Assembly: GCA_964384375.1 (NCBI GenBank)
Contig: CAYLLN010000002.1
Location: 59,248-123,247 of the forward strand
From: an uncultured Pirellulaceae bacterium
GTDB lineage: Bacteria; Planctomycetota; Planctomycetia; Pirellulales; Pirellulaceae
Length of the DNA stretch: 64,000 nucleotides
Direction of reading: 5' to 3'
How positions within the stretch are numbered: the stretch's first letter is position 1; every line of letters begins with the position of its first letter. The notes beneath the pieces were generated by a model. It worked only from the letters and a program-made list of their open reading frames with translations. It did not search any database and was not told the origin of the DNA. This document shows positions 54,642 to 63,979 of this stretch, piece by piece. A program made the translations under genes and the position numbers.

Positions 54642-54962
54642 ATGGCCAAGAAGTCTGGTGGTCCCAACAAGTCGGAAGCAATTCGCGCGTACAAGGCCGA
54701 TCATGCCGATGCCGGTCCCAAGGCGGTCGCCGAAGGACTCGCGAAGGCGGGGATCAAGGTCACTCCGGCATTTGTGAGCACGGTCCTTTCGAACGACAAG
54801 CGAAAGGGCGGCAAAGGACGCCGCGGCCGCAAGCCGGGTCCGAAGGCCGGCAGCAACAAGACGCTCAATAGTCTGTTGCAGGCCAAAAAGCTGGCAGCCG
54901 AATTCGGCGGCGTCGAGCCGGCCATCAAGGCGCTGCAGACGCTGGCGAAGCTGCTGGATTAG
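54642..54962 (+). CDS. hypothetical small basic protein (Lys/Gly/Arg-rich centre)
   Basis: 106 aa. Helical ends separated by KRKGGKGRRGRKPGPKAG. No family recognised. Confidence 0.5.
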   Translation: MAKKSGGPNKSEAIRAYKADHADAGPKAVAEGLAKAGIKVTPAFVSTVLSNDKRKGGKGRRGRKPGPKAGSNKTLNSLLQAKKLAAEFGGVEPAIKALQTLAKLLD

Positions 54963-54977
54963 ATGTGCATCTCATAG

Positions 54978-55043
54978 GGCAGGACTCGTCCTGCCGTAGC
55001 AACCCTGTCTCCGAGGTCAGGTTCCGCCGAACTGACGGAACCT
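54978..55043. terminator. two hairpins between convergent genes (possible bidirectional terminators)
   Basis: GGCAGGAC-TC-GTCCTGCC (54978-54995) and AGGTTCCG-(9 nt)-CGGAACCT (55019-55043). No U-tracts. The second overlaps the comB stop. Confidence 0.3.
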
Positions 55044-55824
55044 ACGTGATGCGCCAGGTCGTCAGATCGAGCTCGGGGACGCGATCGAACTTGTCGATCT
55101 GAGCCGCGAGATCAATATCGTTCTCGTGGCCGATTTCGATCAGATTGCGACCGCCGCGACTGGCTCGTAGTGCAGCGCCGAGTGGATTCTTGCCAGTCAG
55201 ATCGCGCGTGCAAGCCCGCCAGGCATCGGCGGCGATTTCGGCCTGGTCGTTAAGCATGTAGGGCAGGACTTGTCTTGCCGTTGTTTGTTGGATTTGGCGG
55301 GATGAATCCTGCCCTACGAGTTCATGGACTACCGCGCCGGCAAAGAGCGTGTCCTCGCGCGTGACGTGGCCATCGGTGCCGGCACACACAATCGCGATTC
55401 GCTCGGCATCGGCTAGTTCGCGGCAAATGGCGGAAAGATTGACGAAAGCGCCGATGAGCACGCGGCTGGCCTTGCGGCAGCGGTTCAGTGCCCGCGTGCC
55501 GTTGGTGGTGGTGAAGATGACGGATTTGCCGCCAATGACCGCCGGCACATATTCCGTCGGGGAATTGCCCAGGTCAAAGCCGGGGATTTTGCGTCCGCCC
55601 CGCTCACCTCCGAGGAGGGCCGTCCCCGGCTGCGATGCCGCAAGTCGCTTCGCTTCCTCGACTTCCAAGCAGGGGACAACCTCGATCGCGCCAGCCGACA
55701 GCGCGTGAATCATAGTCGTGGTTGCCCGGAGCACATCGACGACGACGACGGTTTTGCCGGCCAGTTCTTCGGGCGTGACGAGATCGGGAAGCAGATAGAC
55801 GTCGAGCGATCGTTGGGCGGGCAT
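55042..55824 (-). CDS. comB: 2-phosphosulfolactate phosphatase family protein
   Basis: VVVVDVLRATTTMIHAL, GGERGGRKIPGFDLGNSPTEY. ATG at 55824. Contains a 60-nt in-frame element. Confidence 0.8.
   Translation of the reverse strand: MPAQRSLDVYLLPDLVTPEELAGKTVVVVDVLRATTTMIHALSAGAIEVVPCLEVEEAKRLAASQPGTALLGGERGGRKIPGFDLGNSPTEYVPAVIGGKSVIFTTTNGTRALNRCRKASRVLIGAFVNLSAICRELADAERIAIVCAGTDGHVTREDTLFAGAVVHELVGQDSSRQIQQTTARQVLPYMLNDQAEIAADAWRACTRDLTGKNPLGAALRASRGGRNLIEIGHENDIDLAAQIDKFDRVPELDLTTWRIT
55258..55317. repeat. 60-nt element with perfect 11-bp terminal inverted repeats inside comB
   Basis: GTAGGGCAGGA...TCCTGCCCTAC. Exactly 20 codons, translated as VGQDSSRQIQQTTARQVLPY. A related GGGCAGGACTCGTCCTGCC hairpin lies at 54977-54995. 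Confidence 0.8.
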
Positions 55825-55941
55825 GAATCGTGGGGTTTGAGCGTTGACGACCTGCAAATTGGCGGGAAGAATCAATGTATTCCTCTCCGCTCCGGTTGCC
55901 AGCCCGGCCCGTGCCGACTCGACGACGCAGATATTAAGCCC

Positions 55942-56775
55942 ATGAGCGACCGCGCCTTGCTGAAACCTGCCACCGAAACGAGCACGCAGCCCGCTTCCGC
56001 CAACGGCCGCTTCGCCGGCAAGGTCGTCTTTATTACCGGCGCTGGGGATCGCGGCATTGGGGGCGAGATTGCTGTGCGGCTGGCGAGCGAGGGAGCCGCC
56101 ATTGCCGCCATCTCTCGTCACGAGCCCGGCCGGCTGCTAAAGAAGCTCAAGCGGTTCAATCAGGGAGCGGTTCACACGCTTGGCGACGTGACCAAGCGGG
56201 ACGACATGGCTCGCGCGATCGACGACTGCCTCGGCGAGTTCGGCAAGATCGACGTGGTCGTGAACAATGCCGGCGTCGAGGTGGCAAGCCCCCTGGAGAG
56301 TTTTGGTGAAGATGCCTGGCGGGCCGTCCTCGATGTGAATCTGGCCGGCGCGATCGCCGTCTCCAAAGCGTCCCTGCCACACCTGGCTCAGCCGGGGGGA
56401 GTGATCGTCAACATCGCATCGGCGCTGGGCATTGGCGGCTGTCCGGGATTCTCGGTCTATAGCGCCAGCAAAGCGGGGCTGATTGGGTTCACGCAGTCGC
56501 TGGCGTGGGAGCTCGCGCCGGAAGGGATTCGCGTGGTGGCGGTCGCGCCGGGTCTTGTCCATACGCCGATGGTCCACAAGCACGCCGAGAAGCTGACTCC
56601 GCAAGTTTGGCAGCAGATCGAAGCGTGCCATCCGCTCGGCATGGGCCGTCCCGACGACGTGGCCGCCGCTGTCGCATTCCTCGCGTCTAGCGATGCCCGC
56701 TGGATCACCGGCATCACGCTGCCCCTTGGCTGGGCGCAGCACTATCCGCTGCCGACGCACGCGATGATGGACTAG
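55942..56775 (+). CDS. short-chain dehydrogenase/reductase
   Basis: TGAGDRGIGGEIA cofactor motif, NNAG, YSASKAG catalytic motif. Confidence 0.88.
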   Translation: MSDRALLKPATETSTQPASANGRFAGKVVFITGAGDRGIGGEIAVRLASEGAAIAAISRHEPGRLLKKLKRFNQGAVHTLGDVTKRDDMARAIDDCLGEFGKIDVVVNNAGVEVASPLESFGEDAWRAVLDVNLAGAIAVSKASLPHLAQPGGVIVNIASALGIGGCPGFSVYSASKAGLIGFTQSLAWELAPEGIRVVAVAPGLVHTPMVHKHAEKLTPQVWQQIEACHPLGMGRPDDVAAAVAFLASSDARWITGITLPLGWAQHYPLPTHAMMD

Positions 56776-56789
56776 CGAAGCAGGTGTTT

Positions 56790-56832
56790 GGAAAAAAAGA
56801 AGGGAGCCCGCCGCGATCGCAGCGAGCCCCCT
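56790..56832 (-). terminator. Rho-independent terminator of the fasciclin gene
   Basis: On the minus strand, GGGGGCUCGC-(10-nt loop)-GCGGGCUCCC (10-bp stem including 2 G-U pairs) followed by UUCUUUUUUU, ~28 nt after the stop. Confidence 0.65.
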
Positions 56833-56859
56833 GATAAACACTTGCGGACGCTACGAACG

Positions 56860-57345
56860 CTATTCCTTCGGCATGATCACCGCGTCGATGACGTGGATCA
56901 CACCGTTGGAGCAGACAATATCGGTCTTGATAATTTTGGCCCCATCAATCATCACGCCGTCAGCCGACGCCGTGATCGTGGCTTCGCTCCCTTGAACCGT
57001 CTTGGCCGACTTGAGCTTCGCCGCGTCCGCCGCCATCACCTTGCCGGAGACCACGTGATAGGTCAGCACGGCCGTCAGCTTTTCTTTGTCCTTAAGTAAG
57101 GCCGCCAGGGCTTCCTTCGGCACCTTGGCAAACGCTTCGTCCGTCGGGGCGAAGACGGTGAACGGGCCTTTTCCCTTCAGTGTTTCGACGAGTCCCGCTT
57201 CCTTGACCGCGGTGACGAGCGTCTTGAATTTCCCGGCGGCGACTGCCGTATCGACGAGGTCGGCCGGTTTCGCGTCTTCTGCCATTGCAACGCCGGCAAC
57301 CATTGCCAGTGCCGCGGCGGCAACCAATGCTGTGAACTTCCGCAT
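56860..57345 (-). CDS. secreted fasciclin (FAS1) domain protein
   Basis: Signal peptide. [33 protein letters not shown]. Confidence 0.9.
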   Translation of the reverse strand: MRKFTALVAAAALAMVAGVAMAEDAKPADLVDTAVAAGKFKTLVTAVKEAGLVETLKGKGPFTVFAPTDEAFAKVPKEALAALLKDKEKLTAVLTYHVVSGKVMAADAAKLKSAKTVQGSEATITASADGVMIDGAKIIKTDIVCSNGVIHVIDAVIMPKE

Positions 57346-57485
57346 GGATCAACTCTCCCGAATGTGTTGGTGAACATGTGCCAAACACGCCCCCTGCTAC
57401 CGGCGGGCCCTGGCCGGCAACAAAGCGAGGCGTGCGTTGGTTGCTGTGGCTTTATAGAGGGGCGGCAAGTGCGACACCCCAAGAT

Positions 57486-59219
57486 TCATCGAACCGCGAG
57501 CCACTGGCCGAGCTGATACAGCCACGGATGCGTCCACGGATTGTCCGCGCCGTAGTGAGCTGAGAAGGCACTGATGGCGATGAGGGCCAGCAGAATCGCC
57601 CGGCCGCGGCGCGACTGACCGAGCCAGTCGGCAGCCGGCAGAAGGGTGAGCAGCCAGAGAGGCGTGAGCCAGATCATCCAGCGGAGCGCGGTCGTGTGGC
57701 CGCCGTAATTGCGGTCGATGAGCGGTCGCGAAAGATAGAACGCAAGGACGACGAGCGTGATGGCGACGGTTGCAATGGCGAGAGCACGTGCAACTCCATC
57801 AAAGCCCTGACCATTGGTCAGGGTGTTTGGCGATAGCGGCGTCGATTGGTCATCCACCCCGACCACTGGTAGGGGCTTTGGGAAACGAACCCACATCCAG
57901 CAACCGGCGACCGAAAGCAGCCAGATCGGCATGAGCGAAAAGAGCCCGTGATGGCCAACGAGGCAATGGAAGGCGTACGTGAGCGGCGACGGCTCGCCCC
58001 GGTCGATGCCGGTGAGCTTCGCCGGGTCCCAATGCGTGCCGGGATAGTCGTACCAGTTGTCCCACTGGCGAATTTCAATGCGCAGCGACTTGCTCCCTTC
58101 GGGAGTGCGCTGCAGGGCATAACGTATGTGCGACTGCTCATCGAACAGGACCCAGCGATCGCCGCGCGTGCGGACTTCAATCGTGACTTGGTCGGACGGT
58201 GCAACGCCTGTCTCGCGCAGGGCGAACCTGAGTTCATCGGTGACGCGCCCCTCGTTGAGCGGCACGGTCAGCTGATCGGGCAATAAGCCGAATACGGGTC
58301 CATCCTGCCGATGGGCGTAGGCCGTCCGCCAGCTGCCGTGAGCGTAGTAGTTCGTCCCAATCGCGGCCGCGGCGACGACCAGGGCTGGCGGGACGAAGAA
58401 CGCAGCAGTTTTCAGTGGCGATTTCCAAGCCAGAGCGGCGGCAGCCAGCACCAGCAGTGACAGGGCGGGCAGTTCGTTGGCGGCCGTGAACGCGAAAAAC
58501 AGCCCGGCCAGGGCAAAGTGCCACCAGCGACCGCGGCTTTGCAGGATGGGTACGGCTGCCACCAGCGCGAACACGAGCGTGCAAGCCGCCAGCGAGTGGT
58601 TGTTGAGCGTGGCGCTGAAGGTCGTCACGAACGTCGCAATACAGGCGCAGGCCATCGCAAACAGTCGGCCAAAGTCGGTCTTCCCGAACTGGTCGATCAT
58701 TCGAGCCAGCAAAGCGAGCGCGATTGCCAGCGGGATGACGTTCGTCAGGACGAGCATGATCCGCGAGATCGGCCAGACATCGGCCGGTTTCGCCAGCGAC
58801 AACCCGGTGACTTGCTTGACGAGCCAGTATTGCCCAGCGAGCAGAGTGCTGAGCAGCGTCGGCTTGCTGGAGTAGTAGTGCTCGTGTCCGTCGGGTCCGC
58901 GATGGCGCACCAGGTCGATCGTGTGCCAGCCCCGGACCCGCGAGCCATCGGCATAGAAGATAATGTGCTCGATCGAGTAGATGCCGTGATCGCCAAGGGC
59001 CCGGATCGTACACCAGCGGCTTTTGTCGTTGGCGGATTGAAACGGCGTGGGGCTGAAGGCGTCGGGCGAGCGGTTCCGCATGATCCGCGCGGTGGTGAGG
59101 CTCGCGGCAAGGACGATGAAGAGGGCGTAGAGCGAGCGGCGGAGCACGTCGTGGGAGGGGGAGGCTCCCGCCGAGTCGTCACCCCGACCACTGGTCGGGG
59201 CCTTGTCGAGGACGCTCAT
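57486..59219 (-). CDS. polytopic membrane protein, probable GT-C-type (ArnT/PMT-like) glycosyltransferase
   Basis: More than 10 hydrophobic helices. Translationally coupled (ATGA) to the upstream polyprenol-phosphate GT2. Two repeat-derived in-frame segments. Confidence 0.45.
   Translation of the reverse strand: MSVLDKAPTSGRGDDSAGASPSHDVLRRSLYALFIVLAASLTTARIMRNRSPDAFSPTPFQSANDKSRWCTIRALGDHGIYSIEHIIFYADGSRVRGWHTIDLVRHRGPDGHEHYYSSKPTLLSTLLAGQYWLVKQVTGLSLAKPADVWPISRIMLVLTNVIPLAIALALLARMIDQFGKTDFGRLFAMACACIATFVTTFSATLNNHSLAACTLVFALVAAVPILQSRGRWWHFALAGLFFAFTAANELPALSLLVLAAAALAWKSPLKTAAFFVPPALVVAAAAIGTNYYAHGSWRTAYAHRQDGPVFGLLPDQLTVPLNEGRVTDELRFALRETGVAPSDQVTIEVRTRGDRWVLFDEQSHIRYALQRTPEGSKSLRIEIRQWDNWYDYPGTHWDPAKLTGIDRGEPSPLTYAFHCLVGHHGLFSLMPIWLLSVAGCWMWVRFPKPLPVVGVDDQSTPLSPNTLTNGQGFDGVARALAIATVAITLVVLAFYLSRPLIDRNYGGHTTALRWMIWLTPLWLLTLLPAADWLGQSRRGRAILLALIAISAFSAHYGADNPWTHPWLYQLGQWLAVR
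57857..57875. repeat. module B' palindrome inside the GT-C-like CDS
   Basis: CCCCGACCACTGGTAGGGG, translated as part of ...PKPLPVVGVDDQ... Confidence 0.7.
59153..59200. repeat. composite module C+B' element inside the 5' end of the GT-C-like CDS
   Basis: GGGAGGGGGAGGCTCCCGCCGAGTCGTCACCCCGACCACTGGTCGGGG, translated as PTSGRGDDSAGASPS. Twin of 43805-43852. Confidence 0.85.
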
Positions 59220-60205
59220 GACTTCTCAACCGTCGGCAGGTTGACGCGGGATTTAATCGAGTACGGTCGCGAGCTTTTGCCGTAGTAGGCGGTGAAAAGC
59301 TCCGCCAGGAAGCCCATCGAGATGAACTGCGCGCCGAGGAGCAACATGCCGAGCGAGTAAAGAAGCGCCGGCCGTTCGTGCAGCGGCTTGAATTCCCAGG
59401 CGTCGGAAACCCACTCGTTCCAGCTTGTCAGATTCGCGATCAACCACGTCACGGTGAGATAGGTCAGTCCAGCCAGGCCGATGCCAAAGGCGAAGATGCC
59501 GCAAGTGCCGAGCAAGTGCTGCGGACGCTGCTCGAAACCCGTGAGGAAATAGACGGTGAAGAGGTCGAGGAAGCCTTTAATGATTCGTGAAACACCGTAT
59601 TTCGAGCGGCCGTGCTGGCGGGCGCGATGGTTGACGACGATTTCGCCCACCTTCCAGCCGCGGGCGGCAGCGAGCACAGGGACGAAACGGTGCAGCTCGC
59701 CATAGAGCCGCACTTCGTCAAAAATTTCGCGGCGATAGCACTTGAAGCCGCAGTTGTGGTCGTGCAGCTTCACGCCAGTGAGGAAGCCGACGAGCCAGTT
59801 GAAGACACGGGACGGGCCTACCTTGTGCCACGGATCGTGGCGGACTTGCTTCCAGCCGCTGACGCAATCGAGACCGCCGTCGATTTCGGCCAGAAAACGG
59901 GGAATCTCGCGCGGGTCGTCCTGCAGGTCGGCATCGAGCGTGACCACCAGTTCGCCGCGGGCCGCATCAAAGCCGGCACTCAGGGCGGCTGCTTTGCCGA
60001 AGTTGCGACGGAAGCGAATGCCACGAACGCGCTCGTCGGACGCCGCCAATTCCTCAACGATCTTCCACGAGCCATCGGTCGAACCGTCGTCGATGAAGAT
60101 GATCTCCAGGTCGTAGCCGTGCTGGCGGGCCACGTCGGAGAGTTCGCCGTAGAGCTCGCGCAGGCTCTCTTGTTCGTCGCGGAGCGGAATGACGGCGGAG
60201 AGCAT
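59216..60205 (-). CDS. family 2 glycosyltransferase (polyprenol-phosphate sugar transferase, ArnC/DPM1-like)
   Basis: VIPLRDEQ, FIDDGSTDGS, TLDADLQDDP. Two C-terminal TM helices. Confidence 0.88.
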   Translation of the reverse strand: MLSAVIPLRDEQESLRELYGELSDVARQHGYDLEIIFIDDGSTDGSWKIVEELAASDERVRGIRFRRNFGKAAALSAGFDAARGELVVTLDADLQDDPREIPRFLAEIDGGLDCVSGWKQVRHDPWHKVGPSRVFNWLVGFLTGVKLHDHNCGFKCYRREIFDEVRLYGELHRFVPVLAAARGWKVGEIVVNHRARQHGRSKYGVSRIIKGFLDLFTVYFLTGFEQRPQHLLGTCGIFAFGIGLAGLTYLTVTWLIANLTSWNEWVSDAWEFKPLHERPALLYSLGMLLLGAQFISMGFLAELFTAYYGKSSRPYSIKSRVNLPTVEKS

Positions 60206-60214
60206 GCGAGAGGG

Positions 60215-60239
60215 CAGGGTTCAGGGTTCAGGGTTCAGA
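60215..60239. repeat. (GGGTTCA)3 word module abutting the GT2 start codon
   Basis: CAGGGTTCAGGGTTCAGGGTTCAGA, identical to 16949-16973. Lies 9 nt from the ATG at 60205. Confidence 0.9.
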
Positions 60240-60268
60240 GGGCAGGTAGCTAGGATAGTCAAAGTCGC

Positions 60269-61321
60269 TTGGTGCGTCTGCCGCAGTCTTTTAGCGGCGA
60301 ACGGCGCTATAATAGTCGGCCCGTTGTTCCCGTACGCCTCCATGCGAAACAGGAAGTCTTCGTGGAATTGCTCTTGACGCTGCTATTGGTGCTGCACCTC
60401 GTCTGTGTCAACGTCGCAGCGGGGGCGCCAATCTTGTGCGTCTGGTTGGAATGGTGGGGCGGGACGGTCGCGCGCGGCGCGGCCGAGTACCTCGCGCGGA
60501 TGGGGCTCACGAGCCTGGTGGCCGGCGGCCTCTTGGGCATCCTCATTGGCGGTCTGAAGTGGTCGGCTTCGTACCAGGATTTGTGGACCGGGCCGCTGAG
60601 CTACAAGATGCACTGGGCGGCAGGCGAGATTCTGTTTTCGCTAGTGCTGGCCGTTGTCTATTGGCAGCTCGTGCGGCGGCCGGGGGGCGAATCGAAGCTG
60701 GCTCGCGGTGGGCGGGGGCTAGTTGCTTTCATTCACGGCACAAATCTGCTCTATCACTTTCCGGTGCTGTTCATCGTCGCGGGCCGGATGCACGAACAGG
60801 GCCTGATCGTTGGTCCGGTCGTGCGCGGTGCCGCCTTCCGCGAACTGGCTGGCCAGGGAGAGACCGCGGCGCTGGCGGTGCATGTGGCGCTGGCCTCGGT
60901 GGCGATGGCGGGCATCATGCTGCTTGGGTTAGCGATGAAGTGGCAAAGGATCGGGCGCGAAGTGGCGGATTGTGATTGGGCCGCGGCTTGGGGGGGAAGG
61001 TGGGCGCTGGCGGCATCGCTGGCGCAGCTTCCGGTTGGTTTGTGGACGCTGGCGATGCTGCCCGGCGGCGAGCAGTCCCGGTTGATGGGAAACGATATGA
61101 TCGGAACCGCTCTGTTTGCCGTGTCGATGCTGGCCGTGCTGTGGCTGCTGAGGGAACTGGTGGCCGTGTCGATGGGCAAAACGGCCAAGGGGGCACTGAT
61201 TCGGTCGATGACGGCTATGCTCGTCGTCGTCGCCCTGATGACGGCGATGCAGCAGCGGGTCAGAATTGCCAGCCGCACGAATTCGCAAGCAGGAGCCGCC
61301 GCATGGCAGACGAAATCGTAA
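60269..61321 (+). CDS. hypothetical polytopic membrane protein
   Basis: Eight or so hydrophobic helices. Start uncertain (the first ~30 codons are hydrophilic). No family recognised. Confidence 0.5.
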   Translation: MVRLPQSFSGERRYNSRPVVPVRLHAKQEVFVELLLTLLLVLHLVCVNVAAGAPILCVWLEWWGGTVARGAAEYLARMGLTSLVAGGLLGILIGGLKWSASYQDLWTGPLSYKMHWAAGEILFSLVLAVVYWQLVRRPGGESKLARGGRGLVAFIHGTNLLYHFPVLFIVAGRMHEQGLIVGPVVRGAAFRELAGQGETAALAVHVALASVAMAGIMLLGLAMKWQRIGREVADCDWAAAWGGRWALAASLAQLPVGLWTLAMLPGGEQSRLMGNDMIGTALFAVSMLAVLWLLRELVAVSMGKTAKGALIRSMTAMLVVVALMTAMQQRVRIASRTNSQAGAAAWQTKS

Positions 61322-62247
61322 AACTCCGCGACCCGGCCAGCGGCAGTGAAGCCGCGATTGCAGCCCACTTGGGCTTCAACTGCTTCCACTTCGCCGTGCA
61401 GCACGAAGGAAAGCCCGTCGAAGTGCTCTACGCGCATCCGGAGTTCGCTTCCGGCACACAGCGTCCCTCTGGCAGTGGGATTCCGATTCTGTTCCCCTTC
61501 CCCGGGCGCATTCCGGGAACGACGTTCAATTGGGAAGGGAAACAATACACGCTCGAAGCGGGCGACGCTCTTGGGAATGCGATTCACGGTTTCGTTCTGC
61601 GACGGCCGTGGCGGGTGACCGAGCGGAGCGAGTCGCGCGTGACGGGCGAGTTTCACGCTTGGAAGGACGATCCGAGCCTGAAGGAACGCTGGCCGGCTGA
61701 TTTTCGGATTCGGGCGACCTACGAAGTCCGCGGAAATCAACTCATCGGCTCCTACCAGATCGACAACCCGGCCGATGTGCCGCTGCCGTTTGGATTTGGT
61801 ACGCATCCTTACTTCCGTGTCCCGATCGGCGGCAAGTCAGCGGGCGACTGCATCGTCTGGCTGCCGGTGACCGAGCGCTGGGTGCTCAAAGAGATGCTCC
61901 CCACCGGCAAGCGCAAGGCGCTTCCAGAAACGGAAACCTACGAGAGCGGCCGGCGCTACGACGAGCTCAAACTCGACGATGTCTTCACCGGTCTCTTGGA
62001 TACGGCAGGTACGACCGAGGCCCTGATTCAAGACCCCGGCGGCCTGGCGATGACGATTCGCTGGAAGGCCAGTCAGTTTCGCGAGTGCGTCGTTTATACG
62101 CCGCCGCATCGCGAGGCGATCTGCATCGAACCGCTGACATGCGCTCCCAGCGCCGTCGTCCTAGCTCAGAAGGGGATCGATGCCGGCTGGCGCGTCCTCG
62201 CACCGGGGAAGACGTTTGCGGCGGAAGTGACGATTGCTGCGGAATGA
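61303..62247 (+). CDS. aldose 1-epimerase family protein
   Basis: ATG at 61303. GIPILFPFPGRI, NAIHGFV, FGFGTHPYF and CIEPLT segments are typical of the mutarotase-like fold. Confidence 0.8.
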   Translation: MADEIVKLRDPASGSEAAIAAHLGFNCFHFAVQHEGKPVEVLYAHPEFASGTQRPSGSGIPILFPFPGRIPGTTFNWEGKQYTLEAGDALGNAIHGFVLRRPWRVTERSESRVTGEFHAWKDDPSLKERWPADFRIRATYEVRGNQLIGSYQIDNPADVPLPFGFGTHPYFRVPIGGKSAGDCIVWLPVTERWVLKEMLPTGKRKALPETETYESGRRYDELKLDDVFTGLLDTAGTTEALIQDPGGLAMTIRWKASQFRECVVYTPPHREAICIEPLTCAPSAVVLAQKGIDAGWRVLAPGKTFAAEVTIAAE

Positions 62248-62288
62248 GTGCGCATCACACCAACCCGAAGCGTAGGCGAGGGGTTTGG

Positions 62289-62347
62289 TAGCCCGACGCG
62301 TAAGCAAGGGAATTGGCGCTGATCTCCCTCGCTCACGCGTCGGGCTA
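62289..62347. repeat. 23-bp imperfect inverted repeat REP (module E)
   Basis: TAGCCCGACGCGTAAGCAAGGGA...TCCCTCGCTCACGCGTCGGGCTA, with 2 mismatches. Confidence 0.85.
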
Positions 62348-62355
62348 GTATGCGC

Positions 62356-62393
62356 AACAAAAACGGCGGACAGACCAAACGGCCCATCCGCCG
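62356..62393 (-). terminator. Rho-independent terminator candidate of the small cytochrome c gene
   Basis: On the minus strand, CGGCGGA-(16 nt)-UCCGCCG followed by UUUUUGUUG, ~50 nt after the stop at 62446. Confidence 0.5.
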
Positions 62394-62445
62394 ACTTATT
62401 TTCAGACTGAAAGAAAGTCCAGCTGCAACCGCCCGAGAGCGAACG

Positions 62446-62850
62446 CTACGGCAGCTTGCCTGCCTTGATCGCTTCGCCGAACGTCTTGCCGTCGGCGGCC
62501 TTCTCGGCTTCCGTCTTGGCCAGACCTTCGAGAATGTACTTCTTCGTGGCTTCGGCGGCGGCGTCGGCATTGTCGCCGGCGTCTTCCTTGATCTTCGTGA
62601 TTTCGGCCTTGGTGACGAACTTGCCGACGGCGATGCCGTAAGCGTTCTTCTCCTTCTTCCCCTTGCCGGCGATGTGGCAGACGTTGCACTTGGCGGTCGA
62701 TTCCTCGCCGTAGGTCTTCACGACCTGGTCCTTGAGGGCCGAGTACTTCTCGTGCCATTGCACGTTGATCGGCGGCAGGGCCGCGGCCTCACGAGCACCA
62801 CCGGCCGCCAAACCCAGGGCGACCGCCACGAACAGACAAACGCGATTCAT
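62446..62850 (-). CDS. small secreted mono-heme cytochrome c
   Basis: Signal peptide MNRVCLFVAVALGLAAGGA. CNVCH heme motif. Lys-rich. Confidence 0.6.
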   Translation of the reverse strand: MNRVCLFVAVALGLAAGGAREAAALPPINVQWHEKYSALKDQVVKTYGEESTAKCNVCHIAGKGKKEKNAYGIAVGKFVTKAEITKIKEDAGDNADAAAEATKKYILEGLAKTEAEKAADGKTFGEAIKAGKLP

Positions 62851-62971
62851 CCGAAAATCTCCGGGAAATGGGGAACTGGTCAGGTTGGGAAGACCAGTGC
62901 AGCCGCGACCTTCGCCGCAAACCGCTGTTATCAGGTGGGACGATTCAGGTGGGCAGACTCATAAGTAAAAC

Positions 62972-63979
62972 TTACGCTCCGGGCACTGTCAAGGGTGACG
63001 CGGCTGCCCGCCGAAAGCCGTACTCTCCGAGCCACTGCCATGCATCGCGCAGCGTTTCGTCGAGCAGACGGAACTCATAGCCTAGCTCGTTTTTGGCCCG
63101 GTCGCTGCGGAAGCAGTGCGATTGGCGGGACATGGCTAGCGCTCCGGAGTTGGCCGCCGTTTCCCGACCCGATAGGCGCGTGCGGATGTCGCAGACGGGC
63201 CCGGCAATGGCGCGGAAAATCGGCCCCATCGGCACCCAAGGTCCCGGTTTGCCGGCCAGGGCGGCAATCTGTCGCCAGAGGTCACGAAACTTCAGGTTGT
63301 GTCCGGCGAGGATGTATCGCCGGCCGCTTTGGCCGCGCTCGACCGCCAAGATGACACCTGCCGCTACGTCGCGGGCATCGCAAAAGCTGCCGGCACCGAC
63401 GGGGGCAAAGAGCGAACCCTTCGACACCTCCAGCAGCATTTTGCCCGACGACGGCTTCCAGTCCCACGGGCCGAACATCGTCCCCGGATTGACGATCGTC
63501 GCCCAGAGGCCGCGACTCACCTCGTCCAGCACAATCCGCTCGGCCGCTTGCTTGGTCGTGACGTAGGGGACCGGCACGATACCGGGCAATGCCGAGTCTT
63601 CATCCGCCGGCGTATCGAGCGAGCCGAGGCCGAGCGCGTTAACGCTCGAGACATGCACGAGTTTCGCGCCGGCTTTGCGAGCAACGAGGGCAACATGGCG
63701 AGTCCCCTCGACATTGATCGCCTGATGGAGGTCTTGTTCCCTCCAGCCGATATGCACATGGCCAGCCGCGTGAATCACCACGTCGATTCCCTGACAAGCC
63801 TCAGCGACGGAAGCGGCATCCAGCACGTCGCCGGAGAGCTTATGCACATCGAGTCCGTCTAGCGGGCGCGGGTCACTGGTCGCGCGCGTGAGCACCGTGA
63901 CTTCGTGTCCCGCCGCTAGCAGCAGGCGTACGACGTTGTTGCCGACCAGGCCAGTCGCACCCGTGACCAGGTAACGCAT
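62972..63979 (-). CDS. NAD-dependent epimerase/dehydratase (dihydroflavonol-reductase-like SDR)
   Basis: MRYLVTGATGLVGNNVVRLL Rossmann N-terminus. YVTTKQAAE (YxxxK). Confidence 0.88.
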   Translation of the reverse strand: MRYLVTGATGLVGNNVVRLLLAAGHEVTVLTRATSDPRPLDGLDVHKLSGDVLDAASVAEACQGIDVVIHAAGHVHIGWREQDLHQAINVEGTRHVALVARKAGAKLVHVSSVNALGLGSLDTPADEDSALPGIVPVPYVTTKQAAERIVLDEVSRGLWATIVNPGTMFGPWDWKPSSGKMLLEVSKGSLFAPVGAGSFCDARDVAAGVILAVERGQSGRRYILAGHNLKFRDLWRQIAALAGKPGPWVPMGPIFRAIAGPVCDIRTRLSGRETAANSGALAMSRQSHCFRSDRAKNELGYEFRLLDETLRDAWQWLGEYGFRRAAASPLTVPGA

